A stretch of DNA of 64,000 bases from Squalus acanthias (lineage: Eukaryota): the NCBI GenBank assembly GCA_030390025.1, contig CM059433.1, positions 15,192,001-15,256,000 of the forward strand, written 5' to 3'. This document shows, one piece after another, positions 10,975-21,801 of this stretch. Numbering within the stretch: position 1 is the first letter of the stretch; each line of letters starts with the position of its first letter. Position numbers and translations under genes: made by a program. The notes below the pieces were generated by a model. That model had not been told where the DNA came from. It was given only the letters and a program-made list of their open reading frames with translations, and made no database searches.

Positions 10975-12442
10975 GGGAAAAATTCGGTAGCTTAGTGCCT
11001 CCCGTTAGCGCCTGCTGATGGCGATAATGGGGTGCTGATGCAGTAGCGCTGGGGCGAGGTGACTCCAGTGCCGCACAGCAAATCCGGCCCTCCCGTGACA
11101 TCAGTGAGCATCCAACGCTCACTGGGCACCCGATCTGGAAAATTAATTGATGCCACTTACCTTAGCGCCTCTACCAGACAGTGACAGGGAGAGCTGGTGT
11201 GCAGCTGCAGGAAGCCGGCTCCAGTGATGTTATTTAAAGGCATCAGCATTAATCACTCCCAGCTGTCAGGGCAGGTTAGTTTCAGTGGTTTCTTGTCAGT
11301 TTCATCCAGTGGAACAGTTTGTATGAGTAATTTCAAGCTTCTTTTTTATCAGCAGTCTTCTGGCAAGTGCAAAGTAGCTACATTTATTGCTCAAAGATTC
11401 AAACTGCTACACTTGGCAACATTAATGGGGGCTGTACTGGCATGCCACCTCGCCCTCCAGGATCTATGGTGGAGGGAGTGTAGGCAGCAAGAAATACAGG
11501 AACATGTGTGTAGAGGGATGAGGAGGGATATCAGGGATGTCACCAGGAGGCCTTACCCTCTGAGGGTATTCTGACAGTACTACTCCTACCTTCAATTAAG
11601 CGAGGAGCACCTTGGCTCCGCATCACCAAGGTGGTGGTCACAGAACTCTGCCACCTCCTCCAAACAGACCTCCACCCTCACACCAGGATGACTTAAACCC
11701 CAGATCCCTTTTGCTCACCACATGCCCATCATACCATCCCTGTGTCATGCCATATCACAGTGTCCTCCTGGGTGCAAAGGTGAAATGAGAGAGACCACAA
11801 AATATTGCAAACTCCATTAATAAATTTATGCATAAACATATCACACATATCACATTCATTCTAATAACTAATGACCCTTGTTCCTGCCATAGTTGAATAG
11901 CTGTCATTGTGTGCAAGGCATGAGATGTGGGTGTGAGTGTTGATAGGTAGAGATTGTTGGTGCGTGAGTGCTGGGGGTGTGGTGCTTTGGACAGTGTGTG
12001 AAGCTTGTGGTACAGATGGTGGTATGTAACATTTGTTGAAGCATTCAATCACCCTGACCACCCAACTGAGGTGGATCTGTCATGAGCACACCTGCTTCAG
12101 TCCTCCGGCTCCTTCGCCATGTTGTGCTTCTCCTTGCTGAGGCAGCTGCACAGCCAGCAATGCTGAGAATGAGGTGCTGCAGCATCAATGAACCTCCCCT
12201 TTAAGTACTGGGAAATGCCTGTGGCAATGATGAGTTGCGATTAGACTGCACCCGATATTGGCCCACCCTTTGAGTGGAACGCCACTGAGCTCGGCCTTTA
12301 AGACTTGATATAGCACCGCAATCATTTCTTTGAGCAGTGAGAATGAATTTTGCGTGCAGTCTAAAGCATGAGCGCCTGGCGCTAATTCTCAAACCTTTCT
12401 AAAGATACCGCCCATTCCTGGGCTAAAATGAATTTCTAGCCC
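10975..12442 (+). mobile_element. Internally deleted Harbinger/PIF DNA transposon with a transposase N-terminal remnant
   Basis: About 11545-11690 reads RRPYPLRVF*QYYSYLQLSEE..LRITKVVVTELCHLLQTDL, resembling the N-terminus of HARBI1-like transposases. Right TIR GAATTTCTAGCCC; degenerate left TIR GGGAAAAATTC. Confidence 0.7.
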
Positions 12443-12855
12443 TATGTAAATTAAAACCACAAGTCCCGCCCCACCTCCAACTCATTGACTGACACAGTTG
12501 TGTCAAAATTCACTCCGAAGATACAAATACGTTGTCATCTTCTTCTTTTGCTTCCACACTAGCAGGCTCCGAATCAAAAGATAATGGATCCCTCAGGGTC
12601 CAACTGTTCTTTGATTCTTTCATTGTGGGACCCATTTGCAGCCCAGATTGGCATCCATGTGTGCTCTCTGCAGACATAGTTGGGCCTAGTGGAGGCCTTT
12701 GTGGTTATTTTCCCAGATTAGTCAGGGAACCCTCCCCCAGACAGGACCCCAAACAGCTGTTGGGATGCAGGATGGATGGGCAGAAAAAGTGGCCACCCCT
12801 GATTGGAATTTTCTTTTGCTTGCTCAATGGGCAGCGAAACCACTGTATAAATTTA

Positions 12856-12892
12856 AGTTCTGACGAAAGGTCATCGACCTGAAACGTTAACT
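12856..12892 (+). ncRNA. Minimal type I hammerhead ribozyme motif
   Basis: Helix I AGTT/AACT, core CTGACGA(A), helix II AGGTC-ATC-GACCT, GAAA, palindromic AACGTT in place of helix III. Confidence 0.8.
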
Positions 12893-12988
12893 CTGTTTCT
12901 CTCTTCACAGATGCTGCCTGACCTGCTGAGTATCTCCAGCACTTTCTGTTTTTATTTCAGATTTCCAGCATCTGCAGTATTTTCTTTT
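12858..12988 (+). mobile_element. Solo Penelope-like pLTR 3' fragment
   Basis: Nearly identical to the end of the GIY-YIG element (17936-18066); flanked by a perfect 14-bp TSD TGTATAAATTTAAG (12844-12857, 12989-13002). Confidence 0.88.
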
Positions 12989-13214
12989 TGTATAAATTTA
13001 AGACCTTTCTGAGGAGAAGTTTCGTGGTTATCTAAATTTTCTTTGAAAATATACCTCCCAAACGCTGTTGCTTTTAGCCATGAAGAAACCTAACCAGGAA
13101 AATTTCTCAATTTCTCTAATCCTTTAGCAATGTCTTTGTTGAATAAATTAACTGGTGACCCTTCCGAGGGCTTGCCGTGTGCGGCGCCTCACAGTTGTCC
13201 ATAAATCAGGCTGT

Positions 13215-13403
13215 TCTGGATTTTTCTGATTCACCCCAGCCGAGTTTTCCAGAGGCCAAGCTCTGGGCAATCATTTCCTGTGCCTGTAGCCTGCCCATAA
13301 TTACGGGAAGTGACTCCCATTGGAAAATTGGGTCAGGCCCGACCTCCTGTGCTGCAGGCACAGTAAAGCCTGCACATAGGCCCACAATCAGAAAATCGGG
13401 GCC
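13215..13403. mobile_element. Small degenerate MITE
   Basis: Imperfect TIRs GATTTTTCTGATT / AATCAGAAAATC. Confidence 0.45.
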
Positions 13404-13794
13404 GAAACATTTTCTATGGTTTTCACTATGCCAGAGAATTAATGCCCGTTTGCACAAAGTTGATTTCCAATTGTATTTTTCAAAGAACATTGTCTTATTC
13501 ACTGCTTACTTTCTTTTCGGAATGTGTGTTTACCATATTGGTCATTTCCTTCTAGTGCGGTAACAGCAAGACTTAACACTTGTAGCGGAGCTCGGTAGTT
13601 GCAATGATGCCTGATGCAGTAACTGACATTTGTGGTGAGCCTGAATGTGTTCGGGGGCAGTGCTGTTCAGGTTAGACAACAATGTTGTGACTGGATGTGG
13701 TGCAAAGGAAAGTAAGTACGTTCCCATTTGCTAATTAACTGAATACTTGAGTGTTTGGAAAAAGGAACGGCAGCTATATATCGGACTAAGCATA

Positions 13795-13990
13795 GCGATA
13801 ATTCTGCTCAGTTGGTTAAATTCGCTGCCTATTGGGAAACTGAGTAATACAGCCGAGGAAGTCGCCAGGTTTAATCCCTCAGCTTGTGCTGGGTTAGCTG
13901 ATCTCAGCTGGGATGGCAGTAGGGAGTTTATAATTTGCCTCTGTACCTCAAGTTAGGGAGCCACATACCAGCAGGGTTCTTGCTCCTGAA
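13795..13990 (+). mobile_element. Old tRNA-derived SINE fragment
   Basis: A-box-like TGCTCAGTTGG and B-box-like GGTTTAATCCC, followed by a SINE-like body (GGGTTAGCTGATCTCAGCTGGG). Confidence 0.45.
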
Positions 13991-14141
13991 GGGGAATAAA
14001 AACCTATAATTGATGTTTTTAGGATTTAAAAGGTGGCCTCTGTCTATTGAAACCAATTTGTCATGGTGCATTCGTAGGTGCTCTAGCGCTATTACAGCTG
14101 CACTGAGTGTTACACACTAATCAAAACCCAGGATGAGGCAA

Positions 14142-14340
14142 CAGGTAAATTTTGCAAGGCCGCAATGCCACGAGCAGAGGCTGGGATGCAACCAGCGCAT
14201 ATCGGAAAATTGTGGCTGGGCTGTCTGCGATATTTTGTCCACTGATAAACAACATGCTGCCCATCAGAGTCTATTTCCCAATATGCGTTAGCTGTATGCG
14301 AGGCCTATCATCAGTGCAAGGCCTTGCAAAAATTAACCTG
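14142..14340. mobile_element. Small MITE (about 200 bp)
   Basis: TIRs CAGGTAAATTTTGCAAGGCC / GGCCTTGCAAAAATTAACCTG. Confidence 0.65.
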
Positions 14341-14850
14341 AATGTATTTGAGGCTCTGTTTATAGTTCCTTGCTCAATGGGAGTTTGAATATTCTAACCC
14401 GAGTCCTAGCTGTTCCTACCTCGGCAATCTATTACTACATTATTTTGACCATGTTTACACAAAAATAGCAGCTCTTGATTTGTGAGTATTGCATGTGCTT
14501 TTTACCTCAATCATTCCATATTCTTGTTCTGATCAGAAATGTTTCAGATAATGTTAGATATTAAGGAGAATTTACACATGTGCCAAACTGTTATAACAAT
14601 TTTTATATTCTGACAGAAAAATATAGGAAGATTAATGGTGCTCACACCAGTCTCATCTGGTGATGATCACAAATGATTAAATTAGATTATTTACATTCTG
14701 CTACCATATTACCTACAAACTCAGTAAATTACATTACGCAGGACCAAAGTTCTGCTTGATTAAGATGCGGAGATGCCGGTGTTGGACTGGGGTGGACAAA
14801 AGTGAGAAGTCGCACAACACCAGGTTATAGTCCAACAGTTTTATTTGAAA

Positions 14851-14888
14851 TCACAAGCTTTCGGAGCGGCTGCTCCTTCGTCAGGTGA
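14851..14888 (-). ncRNA. Minimal type I hammerhead ribozyme motif (mirror copy)
   Basis: Exact reverse complement of 15221-15258. Confidence 0.8.
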
Positions 14889-15220
14889 AGTAAAGGAATA
14901 CAAATCGACAAAGCATATATAGATAGAGAACAATGCATGTGTAACGTACAATGGCAGACGACTACATTTAATCCTCCTGACTGCCTTTTGTCACACCTCG
15001 GCAGATAAACAATCAGGTCAGCCAGGAAGGCACCACATCAAAGACATAGCAACATCTTGCTATGTCTTTGATGTGGTGCCTTCCTGGCTGACCTGATTGT
15101 TTATCTGCCGAGGTATGACAAAAGGCAGTCAGGAGGATTAAATGTAGTCGTCTGCCATTGTACGTTACACATGCATTGTTCTCTATCTATATATGCTTTG
15201 TCGATTTGTATTCCTTTACT

Positions 15221-15258
15221 TCACCTGACGAAGGAGCAGCCGCTCCGAAAGCTTGTGA
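15221..15258 (+). ncRNA. Minimal type I hammerhead ribozyme motif
   Basis: Helix I TCAC/GTGA, core CTGACGA(A), helix II GGAGC-AGCC-GCTCC, GAAA, palindromic AAGCTT. Confidence 0.8.
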
Positions 15259-15374
15259 TTTCAAATAAAACTGTTGGACTATAACCTGGTGTTGTGCGAC
15301 TTCTCACTTCTGCTTGATTAAAGCAAACGTGGTCCATTTATTTGCTGTGATTTGTCATAGAAATAGAAATAGAA

Positions 15375-15972
15375 GGGGCAGTATTCTGCGGCGAGTGTCT
15401 CACCTCCTGACTCCCCAAAGCCTTTCCACCATCTACAAGGCACAAGTCAGGAGTGTGAAGGAATACTCTCCACTTGCCTGGATGAGTGCAGCTCTAACAA
15501 CACTCAAGAAGCTCAACACCATCCAGGACAAAGCAGCCCACTTGATTGGCACTCCATCCACCACCTTAAACATTCACTCTCTCCACCATTGGCGTACCGT
15601 GGCTGCAGTGTGTACCGTCTACAAGATGCACTGCAGCAACTTGCCAAGGCTTCTTCGGCAGCACCTCCCAAACCCATGACCTCTACCACCTAGAAGGACA
15701 AGGGCAGCAGGTGCATGGGAACACCACCACCTCCAAGTTCCCCTCCAAATCACACACCATCCTGACTTGGAAATATATCGCCGATCCTTCATCGTCGCTG
15801 GGTCAAAATCCTGGAACTGCCTCCCTAACAGCACTGTGGGAGTACCTTCACCACAGGGACTGCAGCGGTTCAAGAAAGTGGCTCACCACCACCTTCTCAA
15901 GGGCAATTGGGATGGGCAATAAATGCTGACCTTGCCAGCGATGCCCACATCCCAGGAACGAATAAGAAAAAG
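15375..15972 (+). mobile_element. 5'-truncated LINE 3' fragment (same family as 1-114 and 451-507/7495-7973)
   Basis: LSTIYKAQVRS.EYSPLAW..LNTIQDKAAHLI..SLHHWR; AATAAA and an A-rich tail. Confidence 0.9.
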
Positions 15973-16578
15973 TACACTATAGTCCTGATTTTCCAATTCA
16001 TGCTTGCGACTAGCCTGGCCTTTATCCAGCAGCTGGTTAGATTACCCTTAATGTCTCACATTGTTCTCACATTGAACAACGTCTCTTTTGACTGCCCTCA
16101 CTTCCTCCAAGTAAAAGATCTTGCTATGGGAACCCGCATGGGTCCCAGCTATGCCTGCCTTTTCGTGGGATATCTTTGTTCCAGTCCTAATCAGGTCCCT
16201 TCCCTCACCTCTTTTTCCATGATGACTGTATCGGCGCTGTTTCCTGCTCTCGCCCCGAACTGGAAAATTTCATCAACTTTGCTTCCAATTTCCACCCCTC
16301 CCTTGCCTTCACATGATCCATCTCCAACTCTTCCCTTGTCTTCCTCGACTTCTCTGTCTCCGTTTCTGGGGATAGGCTATCGCCCAATATCCACTGTAAG
16401 CCCAGTGACTCCCACAGCTACCTTGACTACACTTCCTCCCACCCCGCTTCCACCAAGGACTCTAATCCATTCTTCCAATTCCTCCATCTCCGTCGCATCT
16501 GTTCTGATAATGGCACCTTCCATACCAGTGTTTCCGATATGTCTTCCTTTTTTCCTCAACTGATGATTCCCCTCCACC

Positions 16579-17253
16579 GTGGTTAACAGGGCCCACACTT
16601 CTGCTCTCACCCCTTCCCCTCCCTCCCAGAACCACGATAGGGTTCCCCTTATCCTCACCTTTCACCCCACCAGCCTTCACATTCAACGGATCATCCTCCG
16701 CCATTTCCGCCACCTCCAGCGTGATCCCACCACCAAACACATCTTCCCCTCACCTCCCCTTTCAGCATTCCAAAGGGACCGCTCCCTCCGTGACACCCTG
16801 GTCCACTCCTCTATCACCCCCAACACCCCCTCCCCTTCACCCGGCACCTTCCCGTGCAAGCACAGGAGATGCAATTTTACCTCCTCCCTTCCCACTGTCC
16901 AGGGCCCCAAACACCCCGTCCAGGTGAAACAGCGATTCACTTGTACTTCTTCCAATTTAGTATACTGTATTCGCTGCTCACGATGCGGTCTCCTCTACAT
17001 TGGGGAGACCAAACGCAGATTGGGCGACCGCTTTGCGGAACACCTCCGTTCAATCCACAAGCATGACCCCGAGCTTCCGGTTGCCTGTCACTTTAATTCT
17101 CCAGACCACTCCCATTCTGATCTCTCTGTCTTCGGCCTCTTACACTGTTGCAAGGAATCTCAATGTAAGCTCGAGGAACTGCACCTCATCTTTCAATTAG
17201 GCACTTTACAGCCTTCCGGACTCAACACTGAGTTCAACAATTTCAGATTATAA
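16579..17253 (+). pseudogene. Penelope ORF C-terminus: linker + GIY-YIG endonuclease
   Basis: FTCTSSNLVYCIRCSRCGLLYIGETKRRLGDRFAEH...PVACHF...GLN; the upstream RT is frameshifted or deleted. Confidence 0.88.
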
Positions 17254-17341
17254 CCCTTGCCCTCATTTTTTTCCACATGGCAGCTGTTGATGATTTTGCT
17301 ATTCCCATTTACGCCTCCTTTTGTTTCTTAACTTGTCCCAA

Positions 17342-17806
17342 CACGGTGGCATAGTGGTTAGCACTGGTGCCTCACAGCGTCAGGGACCCGGGTTCGAACC
17401 TGGCCTCGGGTGACTGTCTGTGTGGAGTTTGCACATTCGCCCCGTGTCTGCGTGGGTTTCCTCCGGGTGCTCCGGTTTCCTCCCACAGTCCAAAAATGTG
17501 CGGGTTAGGTTGATTTGGCTATGATAAACTGACCCTTAGTGTTAGGGGTGGATTAAATATGTGGGGTTACGGGGATAGGATGGGATATGTTAGGGGGAAT
17601 TAAATATGTGGGGTTACGGGGACAGGGTGGGATATGTTAGGGGAATTAAATATGTGGGGTTACGGGGACAGGGTGGGATATGTGTCGGTGCAGGCTTGAT
17701 GGGGATTCTGTGTGAGAGAGTAGGGACAGGGTACTGGATTTGGATGATCAGCCATGATTGTATTGAATGGTGGAGCAGGCTCGAATGGCCTGCTCCTAGT
17801 TTCTAT
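17342..17806 (+). mobile_element. tRNA-derived V-SINE (HE1-like) with an internal triplication and a CR1-type 3' tail
   Basis: A box TGGCATAGTGG, B box GGTTCGAACC, V-domain-like TCTGTGTGGAGTTTGCAC..CTGCGTGGGTTTCCTCCGGGTGCTCCGGTTTCCTCCCAC; the tail matches the CR1 3' UTR at 6205-6300. Confidence 0.85.
17540..17683 (+). repeat. Three tandem copies of a 46-48-bp unit inside the SINE
   Basis: TGTTAGGGG..ATTAAATATGTGGGGTTACGGGGACAGGGTGGGATA starting at 17540, 17588 and 17635. Confidence 0.9.
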
Positions 17807-17934
17807 TGCCATCTCCTTTTGTCATTTAATCTCTCCTGCCTTCCACCCTATCACAGAACTTCCCTTTTGTTCTTTCCTCCCTCCTCCCTGCCCCTGTACC
17901 TGCTTAAAATCTGTTACATCTCTAACTTTTTCCA

Positions 17935-17969
17935 GTTTTGACGAAAGGTCATCGACCTGAAACGTTAAC
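17935..17969 (+). ncRNA. Hammerhead motif with a core C>T change (TTGACGA)
   Basis: Same as 12857-12891 except the first core base (17938). Confidence 0.65.
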
Positions 17970-18099
17970 CCTGTTTCTCTCTCCACGGATGCTGCCTGAC
18001 CTGCTGAGTATTTCCAGCATTTTCTGTTTCTATTTCAGATTTCCTGCATCCGCATTTGTTTTTGTTATGTCTCATCGAGGAAAAATTTATTGTTACATT

Positions 18100-19660
18100 G
18101 GCCCAGATTTTGCTCCCAAGATAGTGGCAAGTTTAATGGCGCTCGACGTTATTAATGTGTAAATCGTCGAGCAACTTGTGGCGCGGAAGTGTTACCCCGT
18201 GAATTGCGAATCGCCACGAGTTGCTGGCCGATTTGCGTCGCTCCGCCATTAGCCTCATGAAAACGGAAGCTCGCCCTCAACCTCCCCTTGAGTTTCGTAG
18301 AAAGTTAGGACTGCTACTTAGCAGCAATCGGACCTTTTTACTGACGAGATTTTTGTTCCTGCGATGCCACTCAACCTCGCCAGCCCAGAAAGGAAACAAT
18401 TGAAAATCTTGGGGGGAGTTCTCCCAGCCCTGAGGAGGCAGGTTTTGAGGCGGGACTGCCGGGAAAATGGCAGAAACTGGGAGCGGGTACCAACCCCACT
18501 CCCAACCCGCCTCCGTGCCATCTTCCCGGGAGGCAGGTCCCCGAGTCGCGCAGGGACCCGTCTCCTCGAGGCGGGAAAGGGATTAGAGCCAATTAACTGC
18601 CTGTTAACAGGTAGTTAACAGGCAGTTTTGAGGCTTTTTCCAATTTTACGTCTGCAATTGTGGGCTTCCCGACGGCTGCGAACTTTGCCAGGGTCAGCGA
18701 GGTGAGCAGTGGGTCTGCAGTAGTGAGAGGGGTCGAAATGTCAGCTGTAGAGGTGAGTGATGGGTGCAAGGGTGAATAGGTAAGTATGAGAGGTGAGTGT
18801 AAAGTGTTGGAAAAAGTTTCCTTATCTTTGCTTCTTTCTGCAGGCTTCAACCATTGAGGATCCGGAGGTGCCTCATCTCAACGGCAGAGATGACAGAATG
18901 GCTGCTGCATTCTCAGGTGCAGCAGCCATCTGCTTTCTGCTGAGGAGAGAAGTTTTGGTGCGCCTCTGTGCAAGGGCTCACCTTAGAACAGAGATTGTCA
19001 GTGTTTGACAGCTTCTCAAAACTGTCAAACGATGACAATTCATCTGTCAAAATTTTTTTGATGGATTAAGCGTCATACGCTGACATTATCTGTCACCAGT
19101 TTTCTCTTAATTGGTTGGTAAGCCCGCAGGGCGGGCTTAACAAGGCCAATCAAGGGAAAATTGCGCTGGTGCATCATACGTCGCTGGGGGCAGGACTAGA
19201 ACGAGTTGGGGGCGGGACTGCTGCCTTCTGGGTTCTAGTCCCGCCCCCAACTCGTCTTGGCTGGCAAAATCCAGCCTGTCGAGTCCCATTCCTTCAGGTG
19301 GTAAATTGTTCTGAGAGATTTAAAAAATTAAAAATTTTAATTTTTTCTTACTTTTTCTTTGTATCTCTTTTTTTTCTCTCTCCTAATAATCGAATCTTTC
19401 TTTGCCTCTCTTTATTTCTCTTTCTGTACCTGATTTGACTCTAATTCACCCTATTTCCTTCTTGGTCATTCCTCTGTTTCTTTCTCAATCTTTAAATGAC
19501 GTTGGTTAAGATGATAGATTGTTGGTCCCGTCATTCACTAAGGTCCCAGATGCCCAGTTGCCCTCACTGCACTGTTATCAGATCGCACTTCCAGCAACTT
19601 GCAACGCAAATTTTTTCGAGCTGAAGTGCGAGGGAAAAAACACGAGGCAAAATCTGGGAC
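18100..19660. mobile_element. Harbinger/PIF-like non-autonomous element, apparently with a second MITE nested at about 18411-19277
   Basis: TIRs GGCCCAGATTTTGC / GCAAAATCTGGGAC and a 3-bp TSD ATT on both sides. The inner element ends in AAAATCCAGCC, the same TIR as 9773-9783. Confidence 0.7.
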
Positions 19661-19730
19661 ATTATTTAGCCATCTTCCCATAATAGACTCCTTCTTCGTT
19701 TGACTTCTACCCCAGTCATCAAAAGTAATA

Positions 19731-20440
19731 AACAATAACAACTTGCATTTAAATAGCACCTTCAACAAAGAAAAACGCCCCACATTGCTTCACAGAGACG
19801 TAATCCAAAAATAGACACAAAGAAGGATATATTAGGAGAGACCAAAAGCTTGTTAAAATAGATGGGTTTTAAGAGGTTCTTCCAGGAGGAGAGGGAGGTG
19901 GAGGAGTTTAGGGAGGGAATTCCAGAATGTAGGGCCGAGGCAGCTGAATGGGTGGCATTGGGCTGTATTGCTGGAAAAGTTTATAGAGATAGGGAGGGGC
20001 AAAACCATGAAAGAATCTAAAGGATTGGGAGCCAATGAAGTCAAGGACAGGCACAATCAGTGAGTGGGACTTGGTACAGGATAGGATTTTATGCAGCAGA
20101 GCTTTGGATGATGGGAAGCTGACCAGGAGAGCATTGGAATAGTCAAGTCTGGAAGTGACATGGATAAGGGTTTCAGCGGCAGATGGACTGAAGTGTAACG
20201 GAGGCTGGCAATGTTACAGAGGTGAAAATAGGCACTCGGATGGAGAGGATACGCGATCAGAGCTCAGCTTGGAGTCAAATAGGATGGGAACAGTCTGGTT
20301 CAGTTTGAGATAGTGGCCAGGAAGGGGGATGGAATCGGTGGCACAGTATGGAGTTTGTGGAAGTGGCCAATGACAATGGTTTCAGTCTTTCCACTGTTTA
20401 GCTGGAGAAAATTGCAGCTCATCCAAGACAAACGTTCAAT
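19731..20440 (-). mobile_element. L2-clade LINE 3' fragment, degenerate
   Basis: Minus strand FSCLGPTFWNSLP..LKTHLF and an L2-type end GTGCTATTTAAATGCAAGTTGTTATTGTT. Confidence 0.8.
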
Positions 20441-20484
20441 ATGTTACAAGTGATAGAAAAGATTTTTAGGGACTGTTGAAGACT

Positions 20485-21203
20485 CTGATATTTACTCGGG
20501 GCTGTGAAGAGAGCGGGAGGAGGATTTCTGGATGAGAAACCCAGAAGTAAGGGTTTAACTGCAGGACCTCCTTTAAAGTTTTTGAATAGGTTTCCTGCTC
20601 GACAGCCAGCCTGATTAACAGGTTGACTGCCTGTCAGGCGGGAAAACAACCAGGGAGCAGATGGCAGGTAAGTGGGGGGGGGTTGGAGATCGCAGGATGG
20701 GGGGTTAGTGGTGGGAGTCGTATATCGGGGTGGGGGTTGTCGGAGATCATGGGTGGGTGGGGCTCGGAGATCGCGGGGGAGTCGGAGGTTGCGGGGGGGA
20801 TTGGTGATGGGGGTCAGAGATCGTGGGGGTTGGGGTTCGGCGATTGCGGGGGTGGGGGGGTCGGAGATCGTGGAGAGTGGATACAAAGGTAAGCTTGTTG
20901 GTCCTGGAGGAAGCACTCCTAGTCCTCCTGGCCCACAAGCAGTGCTGTAAATGCACTTACCTCATGGGTCCCGCCCTTCTTGCCTCCTGTTACCTGCCGG
21001 ATTTCCTGAGCCCCGGGAAACCCAGCCGACATTAAAAGTAAAAACACCTGTAAAAAATGGAGGCTCGCAGCCTCCTTAGAAGATTTCACTGACCAATCTG
21101 CCTGAGAGCGTGCGGGTTGGGGTCGGGTTTGAAATTTAAAGCATTTTTACTTGCCGCTCCCCCGACCCAAACCCACCTGTTCCTGGGAGTTAAAATGACC
21201 CCC
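20485..21203. mobile_element. Degenerate MITE with an internal G-rich GGAGATCG-type simple repeat
   Basis: Right TIR-like TAAAATGACCCC; G-rich repeats at about 20670-20880; left end uncertain. Confidence 0.5.
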
Positions 21204-21525
21204 TCAGTGTTCAGTCTATAGAGCTGATGATGATCTATGGGCTGTGGAAGGTGCAGGAAGTTAAAGATGCTCATTATTCTGCTGCTAGGGCACTTGAAGG
21301 TTACTGTGAAAAGGACAGAAAACTGGGAAACCTAAATTGAGAGAAATGTTAGCTGATGCTTATAGCATTTTTGCTAAATATTCTCCCGTCAACACAATTT
21401 ATGAACACATTTCTGGTTTTAAGGGCCAGTTAATGCCTCCTACAATTCCAGCTTGATGCTGTTTTCCTTTGGTTTAATAGAGTCTCCAGTTGCGTCTGGT
21501 GCTCCTGACTTCAGTTGCAGTTATT

Positions 21526-21668
21526 GGGGTAGAATTTCTTCTTCACAGCCTCGGTGGTAATCTAACGGGGCAGGTCGTAAGCCCTGTATAAAACCCACCT
21601 GAGGTTCACTCCATTGATATCTGCTCTGCCAGATTACTGCTCAGGCAGTGAAGCTAAAAATCTACTCA
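21526..21668. mobile_element. Small MITE (about 140 bp)
   Basis: TIRs GGGGTAGAATTTCTTCTTCAC / GTGAAGCTAAAAATCTACTC. Confidence 0.55.
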
Positions 21669-21801
21669 CTGTATCTCTGGGAAAAGGAAACATGCTGGTG
21701 AGTATTACCGAGAATGGGAGTGACTATTACCACAGGAGACAGAGGGCAGAGTGGAAGCAAAGGTTGCCTAGAAGACTCAGAATTAACTGAAGACGTTGTA
21801 C

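Larger units (their letters stand above)
12511..13089 (-). pseudogene. Candidate decayed exon interrupted by a Penelope-like fragment
   Basis: Acceptor TTTTCCTGGTTAG| at 13090. After removing 12858-12988 and one TSD copy, the frame reads VSSWLKATAFGRYIFKENL..LKFIQWFRCP..NLGK*PQRP..EAKEEDDNVFVSSE* (one internal TAA). Confidence 0.3.
14764..15307. mobile_element. Penelope-like pLTR insertion arranged as a head-to-head fold-back palindrome
   Basis: 14-bp TSD TTCTGCTTGATTAA (14750-14763, 15308-15321). Arms 14800-15052 and 15057-15309, each with a hammerhead motif and AATAAA; 36-bp unpaired extension at the left end. Confidence 0.85.
14800..15309. repeat. Near-perfect inverted repeat: 253-bp arms, 4-nt spacer (CATC)
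   Basis: Position i pairs with 30109-i throughout; the only mismatch I found is C14994/A15115. Confidence 0.97.
16059..18066 (+). mobile_element. 5'-truncated Penelope-like element (RT remnant, GIY-YIG endonuclease, pLTR), interrupted by a SINE
   Basis: RT motif AMGTRMGPSYACLFVGY, GIY-YIG domain and a 3' pLTR with a hammerhead; probable TSD ATGTCTCA (16051-16058, 18067-18074). Confidence 0.9.

Noticed and set aside
13556..13711. Plus-strand exon (TTCCTTCTAG| ... |GTAAGT)
   Set aside because: Good splice signals but stops in all three frames and no supporting partner exon; a non-coding exon cannot be excluded.
14023..14144. Plus-strand exon-like segment
   Set aside because: Stops in all frames, and the apparent donor is part of a MITE TIR.
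17342..17410. tRNA gene
   Set aside because: A/B boxes run straight into a V-SINE body, so this is a SINE head rather than a tRNA.
20419..21035. Pro-rich and Gly-rich ORFs; G-quadruplex-like tract
   Set aside because: Low-complexity G-rich repeats inside a degenerate MITE; no coding signature.
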